64,000 bases of DNA from Basidiobolus meristosporus CBS 931.73 (lineage: Eukaryota; Fungi; Basidiobolomycota), in contig MCFE01000158.1 of assembly GCA_002104905.1 (NCBI GenBank), positions 85,992-149,991 on the forward strand, written 5' to 3'. Each line of letters begins with the position of its first letter. The first letter of the stretch is position 1. The translations under genes and the position numbers were made by a program. A model generated the notes under the pieces. The model saw nothing but the letters and a program-made list of their open reading frames with translations. It was not told the origin of the DNA and did no database searches. Positions 50,621 through 63,094 of the stretch are shown piece after piece.

Positions 50621-51063
50621 TCTGTTAACCGTTAATTGGCCTTTTCCAGCATCTTCGACATTGGGACACCACACTTACGTGGCTCTGAACCATGTCTGTT
50701 GATGACATTCATACTGTAGCTCGTTTGAGACCACACAATGCCAGATTACAAGTTTCTCGTCCCATCCCCCTGTGGTAACCCCATTCCTTACATGCCGCAT
50801 CCAGTCTACAGTGCCACTCACCTCATTATCCAATGAGCTTTGCACCTAAATATATATAATGCTAAGATATCTTGATGTTTTCCAAAAGCAGGCTTACAAT
50901 ACCTTTGCCACTTTACTTCCAAATCTAGCACCATCGGAGGAGTGACAATCATTGATCCAAAGCAACCCAACAGGAACTATAGTTCCACCATTAGAAGCGA
51001 TTTTCCCGAGACTTATTAATACCGACTAACCTGGCACCGATTACGCTCTTACCATCGGCTCGG
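50621..51063 (-). pseudogene. Internally deleted KP4 paralog
   Basis: PNVEDAGKGQLTVNR (50665-50621) matches the KP4 C-terminus. Region 50683-51063 is a diverged copy of the KP4 upstream region 49488-49950. Confidence 0.75.
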
Positions 51064-51819
51064 AGTCTCTTCAAGGGAGTCGAGTCAATATTCACAGTAA
51101 GAAGAATACGCTGGTATTTCGAATTGTGATTGAGTTGAGGGAGGGAAATACTAGGGAAAATTGCCGTAGCGCTTCTAGATGGTTATTGGGGATAGAGTGT
51201 CGTTGATACAATCGCAGTTTAGATTTTATGAATCGTTGTTGGGATACTTAGAGTAGCCTACAGAAATCAGGCTAGATCACAAATAAGATAGCATGCATGA
51301 TCCAATTAAAAGATTACGACAAACAACCATCAGCTGTTTTTGTTGCTTTGAGAGACGGCACCATATCCAATTTACATATCCTTCATCTAGTATAAAAGGC
51401 ACCCTGTACGCAACTCTCTGCTCCTTGACGGTGCCCAGCTTATTTACCGATTTTTTGGAAGTTTTGCGAGTAGTGCAGCCCTTCAACTGGGCATATAAGC
51501 CAGACATTTCGGGTTAGGGGGTCACAATCACCAAAAGGTGGAATCTTTACTTCTATAACTCGAAACGCAGAAGCGATGTACTACACAGGCAGCTTTTTGC
51601 AAGTAAATTGAAAATGGCCATCTTGATAAACCTTGCAATAAAGGTTGTTTGGCTCAAAGGGGTCAAAACAATGTCAGGCTGATCTGGAGGATAACTAAGG
51701 TAAGTGGTCGCTTATTGACTAATACATTTAAGTTAAGCAAGTAGGGATTGGAAGAATGTAAAGAAGGATTATGGTGGCTAAGATAAATTCTCTATAGGTT
51801 GGGGGTGTATGATGCCATA

Positions 51820-51955
51820 AATTTTGAGATTACACCTAAATATTCACTTAACTTAGTTACTTGGATCATGGTCTACAAATATTGGAGTATCCATTCCAAA
51901 TTCCTTGTTGGGTTTTACTTGGAATTTTTCACCAAACTATAAGGTGCCCAACACA
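51820..51955 (+). repeat. Copia LTR fragment
   Basis: CACCTAAATATTCACTTAAC..CCTTGTTGGG is shared with 24140-24240. Confidence 0.55.
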
Positions 51956-52049
51956 TAAGGGTAGGGGGAGACAGTCACTAACAGGTGAAATCTTTACTTC
52001 AGTTGAAACAAAGAAGCCAGCACTACTGCTGTAGCATTGATACAGGAGT

Positions 52050-53400
52050 GTGTAGCTGAGGGGAATTTGTAGGTAAGTTAATAAGAAGTGATGATAGTTC
52101 TTCAGTGCTCAAGACACTATTCAGTGGGAAGGGGGGTAGCAAGGGGGTAAGAATGATTTGTGAACAACATTAATGAGGGGAATATGATAAGGATTGATAT
52201 TCATCATGAAGGGAGTGTGCTGCTTCAGATATTGCTGCCAAAGGTCTGTCATGTACTTCAGGTAGGCCAGCTTGGGTTTTTTGACTGCAGAATATAGTGA
52301 GCAAACTTCTTGACTTCAGGATCTCCAAGTATAGTTCTCCAGCAGGAGCCAGGTGTAGTGTGGTGTGTTCTCTTCCAGGCCTTAATCAGTGGGTTGTTGC
52401 AGTGGTGAAGTCTGAGATATAATCTGGTTCTAAGGCAGAGTAGTCTGATCTAATAGGGCATAAACCCAAGAGCACCAAGAATAGCATTTCTGTAAGGGCA
52501 TTCAGGCAGTTGAGGCACTAGGGATGTAATGCACCAGACTGCAAATTTGTCAAGCTTAGTGAAGTCTCTAGAGGTAAGAGAGAGAGTGGTAAGCCAAATT
52601 CCAGGACAGGGAAGACAAACTGCTTGAGTAGAAGGAGGCAGCTGGGAGCTGAAGTCATATGAGGAGTAACAGCCAGTAGCTTGTGGAGTGCTTGTCTTGC
52701 CAGGATAATCCTCCTCTTCAGGTGTGCTCCAGAGTCTAGTCCAATAAGAGGGAAAGAAAAGCCAAGATATGTAGCCAAAACTTGAGCAGGTAGAGTGCAG
52801 TTCTCCAAGTTGATAGGACAGCCCAAGGTTACTGTCTTTGGAATTGGAAGCTGGAGATTATTCTTCTGCAGATGCTGGTGGATGGTCTGGGAGTCTTGTT
52901 GCACACTGGAGGAGGATATTCTGATGTCATCAGCAAAGAGAGTGACCAGGTAGTCAGCTGAGAGTCTTGGGAAGTCATTCAGGAAGATGGCAAACAGTAT
53001 AGGACCAAGCACAGAGCCTTGAGCCACTCCATTAGGAACTGAGAACACTGGTGATTGCTATCTTGGGTGCAGAATTCTTTCTTGTGGATCCAGAAACAGA
53101 GACCTGACAAGGAGGGTGAGAGATGTATTGGAGAAGCATTGCAACTTAGACCAAAGCAGATTTCTGTCAACTGAATCAAAGGCCTTAGTAATATCAGACA
53201 GAGCAGAGGGATACTTGCACTGAAGTGAGTGATCTTGGCTAAGTATGACTACATATTCCAAGGAGAGGCCAGGAGCAAAGCCAAATTGTGCAGGGTGAAA
53301 CTTGAGGGAGTCAGAGTAGAGCTCTTGAGCAAGCAGAAGCTCAAACACCTTTCTGCAGGTGGGCAGCAGAGATATTGGCCTGTAGGAGCTAGGATCCAGG
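52050..53400 (-). mobile_element. Non-LTR (LINE) retrotransposon RT relic
   Basis: QFGF, DITKAFDSV, GVAQGSVLGP.LF and LFADD motifs with stops. Confidence 0.9.
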
Positions 53401-54097
53401 TGTTGTGCATCAACATTTAAAACTTGGCCAATTTACTCCGTTTGAAAATCTAGTACCCTAACTGATTTTCCCTAACCCAATCATAACAAATCCCAGTTAC
53501 AGTTTATTTTATCCCACCTCAGAATCTATTTTTAGCTATCACACCTGATCTATTTTCAAATGGTCATTACGTTATCAACATAGCTGCCAAGCCTTCCCAG
53601 GTGATTAGTCATCTGAGATCTATTCAACCACTGTGCAGTTGCCAAGACATCAGTTGATTGATGATGTAATTTTCATTTATCTTATGCACCTATGAACACC
53701 CAAATTGATATCAATCAATCCAGTCCCTTGGCGCTTACTAATTCAACTTGATCAGAAAAGTATAAATAAAGTTTACTGAACCTTTTGGTTTAGTGTGTGT
53801 CTCAACAAAATTAAGATTCTGTCTCAGCAACAATAAAGAATCCAACAATTCCGTTCTAGTCTCTATCCAAGCCTAGTATATCTAGCACTCCAAAGAACAC
53901 CAAGCCTAGCCTACCTAGCAAACAAATATCATTGTCTTTATAGCCAACCCAGCTATATCCAAGACCAATATTAGATCAGAATCTTTCTGCTAATATTTCC
54001 GCCACTCTGTGACAATTCTAAGATTCTGCACTTAATTGTCCCTTTGGTTCAGTTAAACCATTCAAGAGTTTTATTACACTTTCTCTTGGATACAACA
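53401..54097 (+). repeat. Family-B solo LTR
   Basis: TGTTG...CAACA, near-identical to 20644-21340. Flanks CCAGG and CTCAG do not form a TSD. Confidence 0.9.
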
Positions 54098-54454
54098 CTC
54101 AGTTTCAGTTTTGACAATTCTGGATGCAAGATCACTGATCACAAATGTTTGACAAAACATCTAAGATTGTTAATCCAATACTTACAAAAAAATTTTTTAA
54201 ACGCGACTTAAAAGTTTTTTTATTTTCAAACCAAATTTAAACCTGATAACCAACTTGCGCATGTAAAATTTGGATAAATGTTTAGCCAAACCTATATAAT
54301 TTCTAATTCTACATTTACAGATACGTTTTATTTTTTAATTCGCAAAATTTTTTTCCAATTTTTTTTATCCCAAACCCAAAATCGCGTTTAAAAACTTTTT
54401 ACGCAATAAAAAACTCAAAACAAAACTTTTGATTTAACAAAACTATTTCCAGAA

Positions 54455-54750
54455 ACTTTTGTCTACTCATGGAAAACTTTTTTAAAACTTAAACATGATA
54501 TTTATTTCTGCCAAAATATGTCCCAAACTTGGACAGGACATTTTATTTACCCATGAATAAAACTTTTTTCAAACTTAAAACTATCTTATTTACTTATGCC
54601 AAAACCCATTTTAAACTCAGACAAACCATTTTATTTACCCATGAATAAAACTTTTTTCAGACTTAAAACTATCTTATTTACTTATGCCAAAACATATTTC
54701 AAACTTAACCCATACATTTTATTCACCCATGGAAAAACTTTCTCAGACCC
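54455..54750. repeat. 88-bp AT-rich tandem repeat, about 3.4 copies
   Basis: CATTTTATTTACCCATG units at 54539, 54627 and 54715, with a diverged unit before them. Confidence 0.85.
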
Positions 54751-55072
54751 GCAAAAAATATTTTTTAAAAATTTGCTGAGAAACATAAAAAATTATTAAA
54801 AAACAGAAAAATTGGCAAATAAAAAAAATATAAACTCTTAACCGTATATCTACATTATTAATTAAATTCTTTTCATGCAATTAACCCACAGTTATAAAAA
54901 ATAATAGTTATATTGTCCGCAAAAGGCAAACCCATCCTAACACCAAATATTAACCTGATAATGTCCATTACCGCTAACCAAAATATTTACACAAAAATAT
55001 ATCTCATATATACACGGAATAACCATAACTATTAACCAGAATATTTACGCTGAAAAAATAACCCCACTTATC

Positions 55073-56137
55073 TCACATACCAATATATTTTTTCACCTTA
55101 CCCACCAAATTATTATACGTATATGGAATCAGATAATTTTTAACCAACGGAACAACACCATCAGAATTCTCGATTAATGCGTTAATCTCACATGAAATCA
55201 GATTTATTTGATCCCCAGGCAACATATTTTTGGACAAAAGTCTTATATTTGATATTAACATATCTCCATTGACATAATTTTTGGCAATCTGTCCATTTAA
55301 AATATCTTCGTCAGAATATTTTTTTCCAAGAAACTCTTTGTCAGAATATTTTTTTCCAAGAAACTCTTCGTCAGAATATTTTTTTCCAAGAAACTCTTCG
55401 CCTAAAATTTGGTTGCAAGAAAAATCTCTATCATCAGAATTTTCGCAAAAAACATGTTCACCCAAAGTTTGTTCATATAAGATACTATTTGCTAGTTTTG
55501 TATTCTTGAAACCTTTGGAGTTTGATGCAATTATTTGTTTGTTTAACGTTTGTTTTGTAATATCATCTTTTGACACAATTATATCCTCTTGAATGATAGA
55601 TTTGGTGGGTAATTGTGTTATAATATTATTTGGCGCAATTGTAGTTTCTTGAATAACAGATTTTTCGCGAGATTATATCATAGTATTATCTGGCACAATG
55701 ATATCTTCTTGATAAAAAGTTACGTTAGACGCCTGTGTTATAGTATTATCATCCATACAATCACCATCCTGATATTTTTCTTCGCTTGATAAATTTTTTG
55801 TCCCAGAACAAATATTTTTAGAAATCTTTTCGTCGTTAAAAGTTTTGCAAATCCCATCCTTATCATCTAATACGGTTTCATGAAGATGGCGCAAATGGTA
55901 TCCGCAAAATTTTTGATCTTTTGCTTGATATTTGCATCTTTGTCCCTTGTTTTTACCAGTTGTTAATTTTGCCATGCACTGAAATGTACGTGGGACATTT
56001 GTATAATACGCATTAAGAAACGCATACTGAGATTCGGTTAAAGCCTTAAATAGCTTGCATACTAAAATTTCTGATTGATCTTGTATCTTCTGTCAAAAGT
56101 CGTCACAAAAAATTTGTATTAACAAATCCGAGTTCAT
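55073..56137 (-). pseudogene. AT-rich intronless gene of about 354 codons with a C-x8-KG-x2-C-x9-C-x2-H-type motif and two in-frame stops
   Basis: One frame runs from ATG 56137 through TGA (56095-56093) and TAA (55675-55673) to 55073, merging two track ORFs. It contains QCMAKLTTGKNKGQRCKYQAKDQKFCGYH. Confidence 0.7.
55311..55400. repeat. 30-bp coding tandem repeat x3 (EEFLGKKYSD)
   Basis: TCAGAATATTTTTTTCCAAGAAACTCTT(C/T)G three times. Confidence 0.95.
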
Positions 56138-56214
56138 GTAATTTGAAAATGAAAGCCTTTTTATGAATATGAAACAGGATCGAGACCCAGTCAATTTTAG
56201 TTTTTGCTATGGGA

Positions 56215-57013
56215 TTAGGAGTAGCAATCTTGATATCATCTGCATAGAGAGTTAGTAGTGGATAGGGAGAGTCTGGTGAGGGGCCTTTTGGAAATAAAGG
56301 AAAGTCATGTAGGAATATCACAAATAATAAGGGACCTAGTACAGATCCTTGGACTACTCCATTTGGAACCTCATAAGTCTCTGATGTACAACTTGGATGC
56401 AAAATTTTGGCTGAGTTCTCACAAAATAGAGAACGTACAAGAAGGGTCATTGGTAGTGTGGTAACTGCTAATAGCTTTCTCCAAAGCAGAGCTCTGTCCA
56501 CAGAGTCAAAGGCTTTGGTAATGTCAAACAGAATGGTTGGCAATGAGAATTGAAGTGAATGATCATGGCTTAGCACCACAGCCATATCCATGGAGAGTTT
56601 GGGCAAGAAGCCAAACTGAGAAGGATGGAATGGATATAGTTGAGATTGCAAGGATCTTGCTATTATAAGCTCAAAGATTTTCCGGCAGGTTGGTAGGAGT
56701 GAAACTGGCCGGTAAGAACCTGGGAGTGAGTGTTTCCCCTTCCCTTTGTATAAGGGTATTACATTTGCCTGTGACCAGGCCTTTGGGGTAGTCAATTGTT
56801 GGGCACAGATAGAGTAGAATGGGAGAAGTAAGTGACTCATTTTGGAGTAGCACACCTGGAGTAGATTGTAGGTAATCAAGTCATGTCCAGGTGCAGTATT
56901 TGCAGGAAGCTTCTTTAAAATTTTCTCCAGAAGCTTTGCTGAAACCACAATTGGAGATGTTGTACTGCTAGATATGTCACCAGTATGGTAGAAAGGAGGA
57001 GTGGGATGCACGG
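56215..57013 (-). mobile_element. LINE RT fragment (same family as 52050-53400), cut by an LTR element
   Basis: APGHDLI, SYRPVSLL, QFGF, DITKAFDSV, GVVQGSVLGP and YADD motifs. Confidence 0.9.
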
Positions 57014-58084
57014 TGTGGTGGTGTATAAGTCCAAGGGAGAGATACGTCCAACACTTCTCAAGTGTTTTGTGTGTGGGGTGTTCACTGGGTGCAATAACCT
57101 CTGGCAAAAGCTTGCTAGGAATACTTGGGTTCTGTCTCTAATCTAATGTGAAGGGGAATAAAGCCACAAGCTTGTCAAGGGAAAACTATTGAGCTACAAT
57201 CCCCAACTTAGTTGGCGTCTTAACAAAAGTATGTGCTGGGTTCAGCGTCCTTTGAGATGACAATGTACTAAAGCTTCCAAAGTCAAAACAACTGTAAACT
57301 CCACCAGCAGGGACTTGATAAGAATGCAGCTGTGGTCAATAGTTACAAAGACAGAAAAGTATCTTTGCCTGTACAAGAACAAACTTGGGAAAGAATCAAA
57401 TATAATAAAAGATACCTACTCTGAGTATTCCTCACAAGTAGTGCCTCCAAGGTCAGTTGGCTGTCAGCGCGGTGTCCTGGGAGTGTCCTGTGGTCTAGGG
57501 TTGGAAGTTCAGGTAGCAGCAGGTAGCAGTGATCACACTAATTAACAAGTCGGTATATTGATAAAAGGGATGATGATTTATTGTTGAGGGATAGCCTCCC
57601 TTATATACTTTTCTCACTGGCTAAGTGATTACTAATCATGGTGTTCCAGAAGGTTCTGGAGATCAATAGAAATCTTAATGACATCAGAATGACCTAAGAA
57701 TGTTCTAAGTAGGTGCCGGAAGGTTCTAAGAGGCACAGCACATCCAACCAATCAGGAATCAGTATTCTGAAACCTATGTAACATGGGGATACCATATATG
57801 GTATGGAAATGGTAGGGATGGTGACACGGGCTGATCATGTGTCACGGGTACTGGCGCGGGTACTTGCCTAATATAGAAGTACTTATAGCTAGTAATCTTA
57901 CATAAAGTGAGGGGTAACTTATGCAATAAGGTAAGCAGGTGTGATAGTCAACTGGCTTATGGGATAGTACTGATTGGGTAAGACAAATGGGATAAAACTA
58001 AAATAAGTGTAGTAGAGATATAGGGAAGTAGAAAATAAGGGAATGAGCACATCTGTCAGTGGGTGTCACTGTCACCCCACTACA
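57014..58084 (-). repeat. 3' LTR (1071 bp)
   Basis: On the minus strand TGTAGTGG...CCACCACA, preceded by PPT GAGAGGGGGGTGGA. Confidence 0.93.
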
Positions 58085-58123
58085 TCCACCCCCCTCTCAG
58101 CTTTGAACTTGGGTCAAAGCAAA

Positions 58124-61100
58124 CTAATCTTGATGTGCAAAATTCCTATGCTTGAATAACTTAAGTCAATTTCCAGCAACTGGTGCTCTCAACTGGGTGT
58201 TGTCAAGCTCAGATATGTAATAACTTCCATTTCCAATCACTTTGGAAATGAGGTAGGGGCCAGTCCATTTGTTGTCAAACTTCCGACTCCATTGCTTGTC
58301 CAAGGTAGAATCATAGAGTAATACTGGGTCTCCTAGTGATAGTGGTTTTGGTCTTGTTGGGTGTGATTTGTCAAAGGGCACCTTGTTCTTTAGTCGTGTA
58401 TGCTTAAGTTGTTCAGCAGCTCTGCTGATATTCAAGTCATGGTGATCAAGTTGCTGTATGCGAGTTGCAAGGAGGTCTTCAGTCTGCATATTGGATCTCC
58501 AATTCAATGAGTTCCAAGTGACTGTGTTTAACTCAACTGGTAGTATGCAGTCATGTCCATAGAGTAGCTTGAATGGCGATAATCCAGTTGTCCTCTTAGT
58601 AGTAATTCTATCTGCCCAGAGTGCTAGATGTAATTGCTGTGGCCACAGTGTTGTGTTATTCTCACAGGTCTTGACAAGAGAGTTCACCAATGGTCCATGT
58701 CCTCTCTCTATCATTCCATTGGCTTGAGGGTGGTAAGCAGTTGTAAAAGCAATGTGTATCTTGTACTTTGAGCACAACTCCTGGATCATTTGGGATGTCA
58801 TCTCTCCTCTGTCAGCAACAAACTGTTGGATGCAGCCAAATCTGCAGATGATGTCTTCAAGTATAAATCTCCATATGGTATGGCTCTTGTTGTTGGGCAA
58901 GGCTCGAGCCTCTGCCCATCCACTAAGGTCATCTCTAGCAACAATCAAGTACTTTTTTGATCCAGCTGTTGGCATGTGGACAAGGTCGATACCAACCTTT
59001 TGCCATTGACAGATTGTGTAAGTAGGATGCAGTGGTTCTTCATAACGCTTTGAGGATCTCTTCTGGCAGGCTACACATGACTCAACAAAGTGTTGGATAT
59101 CATAGTACATGTTTTCCCAGTAGTACCTCTGAGCTGTAGTATTGTATGTGGCTTCTTGTCCTCTATGTCCTCCTGGTTCTCCTTGGTGGATACTTGTCAT
59201 GATGTTCAGTTGCTCTTGAGGGGTAGTGACTACTCTTCTTGGCATAAGTCCAGGTTTCACTCGCTTAAAGAGAAGATCATCTTTAAGATAGTAGTGGTGT
59301 GCCTTCTTCCTGAGTTTTCTAAACTCCTGAATATCCATCCAACTAGGTTTCTTAAGTGTCCTTAGATATTCCTTGATAAGACTCCAGGTAGTTCTCTCTT
59401 GGTCTTTGATGGCAATCTGTTGGATCTCTGCATCAATAATATCATCAAAGTGAGGGTCCAAGTCTTCAAATAATTGTGGTCCCTTCCTGGAGAGTGCATC
59501 AGCCACAACATTTGTCTTGCCAGGGATATGTTTGACCTCAAAGTCAAACATTTTCAGCCATGCCATCCATTGGTTTGTGGCATCATCAAGTAGGTCAGGC
59601 TTGTTGATCATTCCTATCAGTGGCTTGGCATCTGTCTCCAGGATAAAATGTGTCATGTAGAGTTGTGACTTCAGTTTCCTCAGCATCTTCACAACTCCTA
59701 GTAGTTCTCTCTTAATCTGTGAGTATCTTTGTTCTCTAGGAGAGAATAGGCAGCTCTCATATCTGCAGGCATAGCGGTTGCCATCTTCATCATCTTGTCC
59801 AAGTAGTGCTCCAGCTCCTATGGGGCTTGCATCCACTGTCAAAATAGGTGGGCATTCAGTGTTTTGATAGTCAAGAGGTCTCAGAACTGGTGGAGATACT
59901 AAGGCCTCTTTCAGTAATTGCATGGCTTCTTCTTGCTCTTCTCCCCAGATAAATGGGGTGTTCTTTCTCTGTAGTCAGTAAATTGGTTCTGCTATCTCAG
60001 AAAATCTTGGGATCCAGATCCTAAAGAACCCACAAGCAGCCACAAAGCCACAAGCTTGTGTGAGATTTGTGGGGGTAGGCCAGTTGCATATCTTTTGTGT
60101 CTTGGAGTCTCCAGGTGAACGACCAAAGGTGTTGCATTTTTGTCCAACAATGGATATCTCTGATACACCAAAGCTGCTTTTCTCACCACTGATGGTGAGT
60201 CCAGCTTCTTCAATGGCTCCTAATATGGCATCATTGTCTGCAATATGGTCATAGACAAACTTTCTTACTCCAGGCATAACTTCAGTGGTGTCCCGGAATT
60301 TTGATCCTTTGATGCCTATGTCATCCACAAAGACAGCAAGTTTCTCAGGTATAAACTGATACAGCACATTTACCATGCATCTCTGGAACTGAGCCACGGA
60401 GTTTGTAGCCCCTTGGCTGAGTCTTGTCATCCTTAACAGTCCAAATGGTGTCTGAAGTGCAAACATATCTCTTGATGTCTCATCAAGGGGGATCTGGTCA
60501 TATCCTGAGTAGAGATCATATGTTGAGTAGATGGAGTGGCCACTAAAGCTTTCTGCAAAGTCATCAATAGATGGGGTATAGCAGCATCTCTGATAGTGAC
60601 AGCATTTGCAGGTTGCATGTCTTGAATGAATCGGAGCTTTCCATTCTTCTTTTTGGTCACAAACCATCTGTTAGCATAGGGTCCATGGCAAGGTTCTAGG
60701 ATACCAGCTTCTATCTTCTTCTTAAGTAGGTCATGCACATCAGCTTGGAGTCCTCTGGGCAGTGGGTAAGGCTTAAATGACCAGGGTGTGTGGGGCACTG
60801 TATGAATCTTGATGGGTTTTTCAACCAATGTCTTTAAGAGTCCCATCTCCTTGTCATTATATGAGAAGACCTTATCATGTCTTTTCAAGGTCTCCTTGAA
60901 TAATAGTATCTCCTCTGGTGTTAGGTTTCCATCACCAATGATAAGTTGCTTAAGTCTCTCAGGTGTAAGTCGTATATCATCTGGTGTTTTTTCTGGTGGT
61001 CTAATGTAATCAGCAGGTCAAGATCCATCAGTCAGTGGGGTAAGTGATGGTCTAATCTTCTGTTCTACTGTCTTGTATTTTGTTTGAACCATAGCTGTTT

Positions 61101-62124
61101 GCTCCTGTATACCTAATGAGCAGCTCCAAATGTTGGGGTGTATATTGTCAGGCTCTTCATCTTCTTCCATAACAAGATGTGCCTTCTGGCAAGCAGTATG
61201 TGTCCTCTTATTGTTGGGTGTTACACCACAGAAGGTTGACTGTAGTCCTGGGTTGGATCCTTGTATGGTGTACCATACTGACCCATTGGAATAGTTGGTA
61301 GTTGTAGCCTTAGTACTGGTTTCCCATGGTCTACCTAGCAGAAGGTCAAAGTTTGCCTTCTGGCAGATGAAGAGGGGAAGCCAGACCTTGATTCCTTGTA
61401 CCTCAATAGGAAACTTGTGTACTACACCATAGAGTGGACTAGATCCTGAGTTTGCATCAGTCATGTTCCATCCAATATCTCTATCAACAGGCAGTAGCTC
61501 CTTGCTTTTAAGTGTCTTCCAGAAGTCTAGCGGCATAACACAAATCTCTGAGCCACTGTCAATATGGCAGTCAACAGGGTCATCATATATATACCCTTTC
61601 ACCACAGCAGTTGCAACTGAGTAAAAGGTCTTATATTCAGTAGTGTTGTCATCCTTTTGGTGGTCTTCATGGTTTGTCTGAATTATATGAGTGTCCATAT
61701 GTTCAACAGCTTGTTGTCTTGTTCTAAGCTGCTCATCAAAGGTCTTCCTAACAGATGGGGATACACTCATGATTTCTCCAACCGACAAAGTGAGGTTCTG
61801 CTTCAGCAGCTTCTCAGTAATCAGTTGAGGGCTTGAGTAGCTTGCTATCTTTGAGGTCATCTGAAAGTGAGGCAATGGATCTTGGGTGGGCAGCATACTA
61901 GGCCTCTTGTCAATAACAACTTCAGGTTCTTCAAATCGTGGTCTTCTAAGGATGGGTTTGGCAGGTTCTTCAGGGAGGTGTCTTTTGGTAGCAAAGGCAT
62001 CAACTTCATATTGTCTGTTGTCAGGGCTGCTTGGATTCACTTTATGAGTCCCAATAGGGGCATCAACAGTAATCTTTCTGGTTGCTGAGTCAGATTTCTG
62101 GAAAAGGGCTCTCATCCCTCCTCT
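58124..62124 (-). pseudogene. pol (PR-RT-RNase H-integrase), disrupted
   Basis: In-frame TGA at 61018-61020, 59975-59977 and 58166-58168, and a 1-bp frameshift near 60573-60576. Confidence 0.92.
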
Positions 62125-62976
62125 TCAGAAATTAGTGGGAATCCTTCTTCCTTCCTTGTCAGCAAGCATTCCATCAGCATCAAACTGTACTGCTCCTTCT
62201 CTGAGTAGCTGACTAAGCTCTGAGCATTCTTGTCTGGCATGCTGAGTAGAGTCACACCAGATGCAGTGCCTGGGCAAAGGTCTTTGTCCCTCAGTAGCAA
62301 CCTCAGCTGAGCCATTAATCTTGAGGGCTAGCTTCTGTAGCTGTTCAGCAAGTTGGTCAATTCTGTTGGTAGTGTAGGTCTGATTGTCAGCAGCAGCACT
62401 CCTTGGCTCCTTGGTTGACTGGTCTGGCAGATTAGATGTCAGGAGTCTCATAAAGGTAGAAGTTTGCTTTGCCTCTAGGAGAACACGTTTCATCTCTGCA
62501 AAGCAAGGAATGCCAGACTTGTCATCCTTGGCTGCATGTAAGTCAACTTTCCTTGCCAAGTCCTGGGGAAGCCCTTGTGCAAGGTAAAGTGTCATGGTAA
62601 ACTCAGTTATAGCCTGGGACTCTAGGAGTGGCTTGGCCATATCTTCATACTGTTGAATGAACTCTTCAAGTGGTAGCTTGGAAAGTCCAGTTCTTCCAAA
62701 GTGCCTGAGGTCTTCAATTCCATAGTATATCTGGGGTCTACCATACTCGGTCTGTAGGTAGGTCTTCATTAAGGCCCAGTCAGTGAGAATGTCTCCTTGT
62801 CTGAGAAGCTTAGTGGTAATATCATTGGTGCAGTAGTAGGGGAAGTCTTCAGCCATTTCTTGTTCAGATAGGCTGCACATCTTGCAGAGCTTCTCCCATT
62901 TGAATATGAAGCTTTCCACATTCTTTCCATCAAACTGTGGGGCTCCATGTGAGAGTGGTAATGGCATAGAGTTCAT
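62125..62976 (-). CDS. gag-like ORF
   Basis: APQFDGKNVESFIFKWE start and CIWCDSTQHARQEC zinc-knuckle-like motif, in frame with pol across a TGA. Confidence 0.85.
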   Translation of the reverse strand: MNSMPLPLSHGAPQFDGKNVESFIFKWEKLCKMCSLSEQEMAEDFPYYCTNDITTKLLRQGDILTDWALMKTYLQTEYGRPQIYYGIEDLRHFGRTGLSKLPLEEFIQQYEDMAKPLLESQAITEFTMTLYLAQGLPQDLARKVDLHAAKDDKSGIPCFAEMKRVLLEAKQTSTFMRLLTSNLPDQSTKEPRSAAADNQTYTTNRIDQLAEQLQKLALKINGSAEVATEGQRPLPRHCIWCDSTQHARQECSELSQLLREGAVQFDADGMLADKEGRRIPTNF

Positions 62977-63094
62977 TTTGGGCAGGTAGGTTGGTGTTGT
63001 AATCTTGGTAATATCGGTAGTCTCTTTTCAATAGGTGGATAACAGCTCAAATCTTCAGGTAAATCTTGTTGGGTCCTAGGGAGCTTGTATGAAC

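Noticed and set aside
56103-57107. 334-aa ORF as an intact gene
   Set aside because: It is chimeric: the first ~31 codons come from the LTR, the middle is LINE RT and the tail runs into the AT-rich island.
57315-57545. Small ORFs repeated at 57315 and 63418
   Set aside because: They are incidental frames within the two LTR copies.
62116-62127. Programmed gag-pol stop-codon readthrough
   Set aside because: Three further in-frame TGAs and a frameshift occur in pol, so mutation is the simpler explanation. It is not fully excluded without the family consensus.
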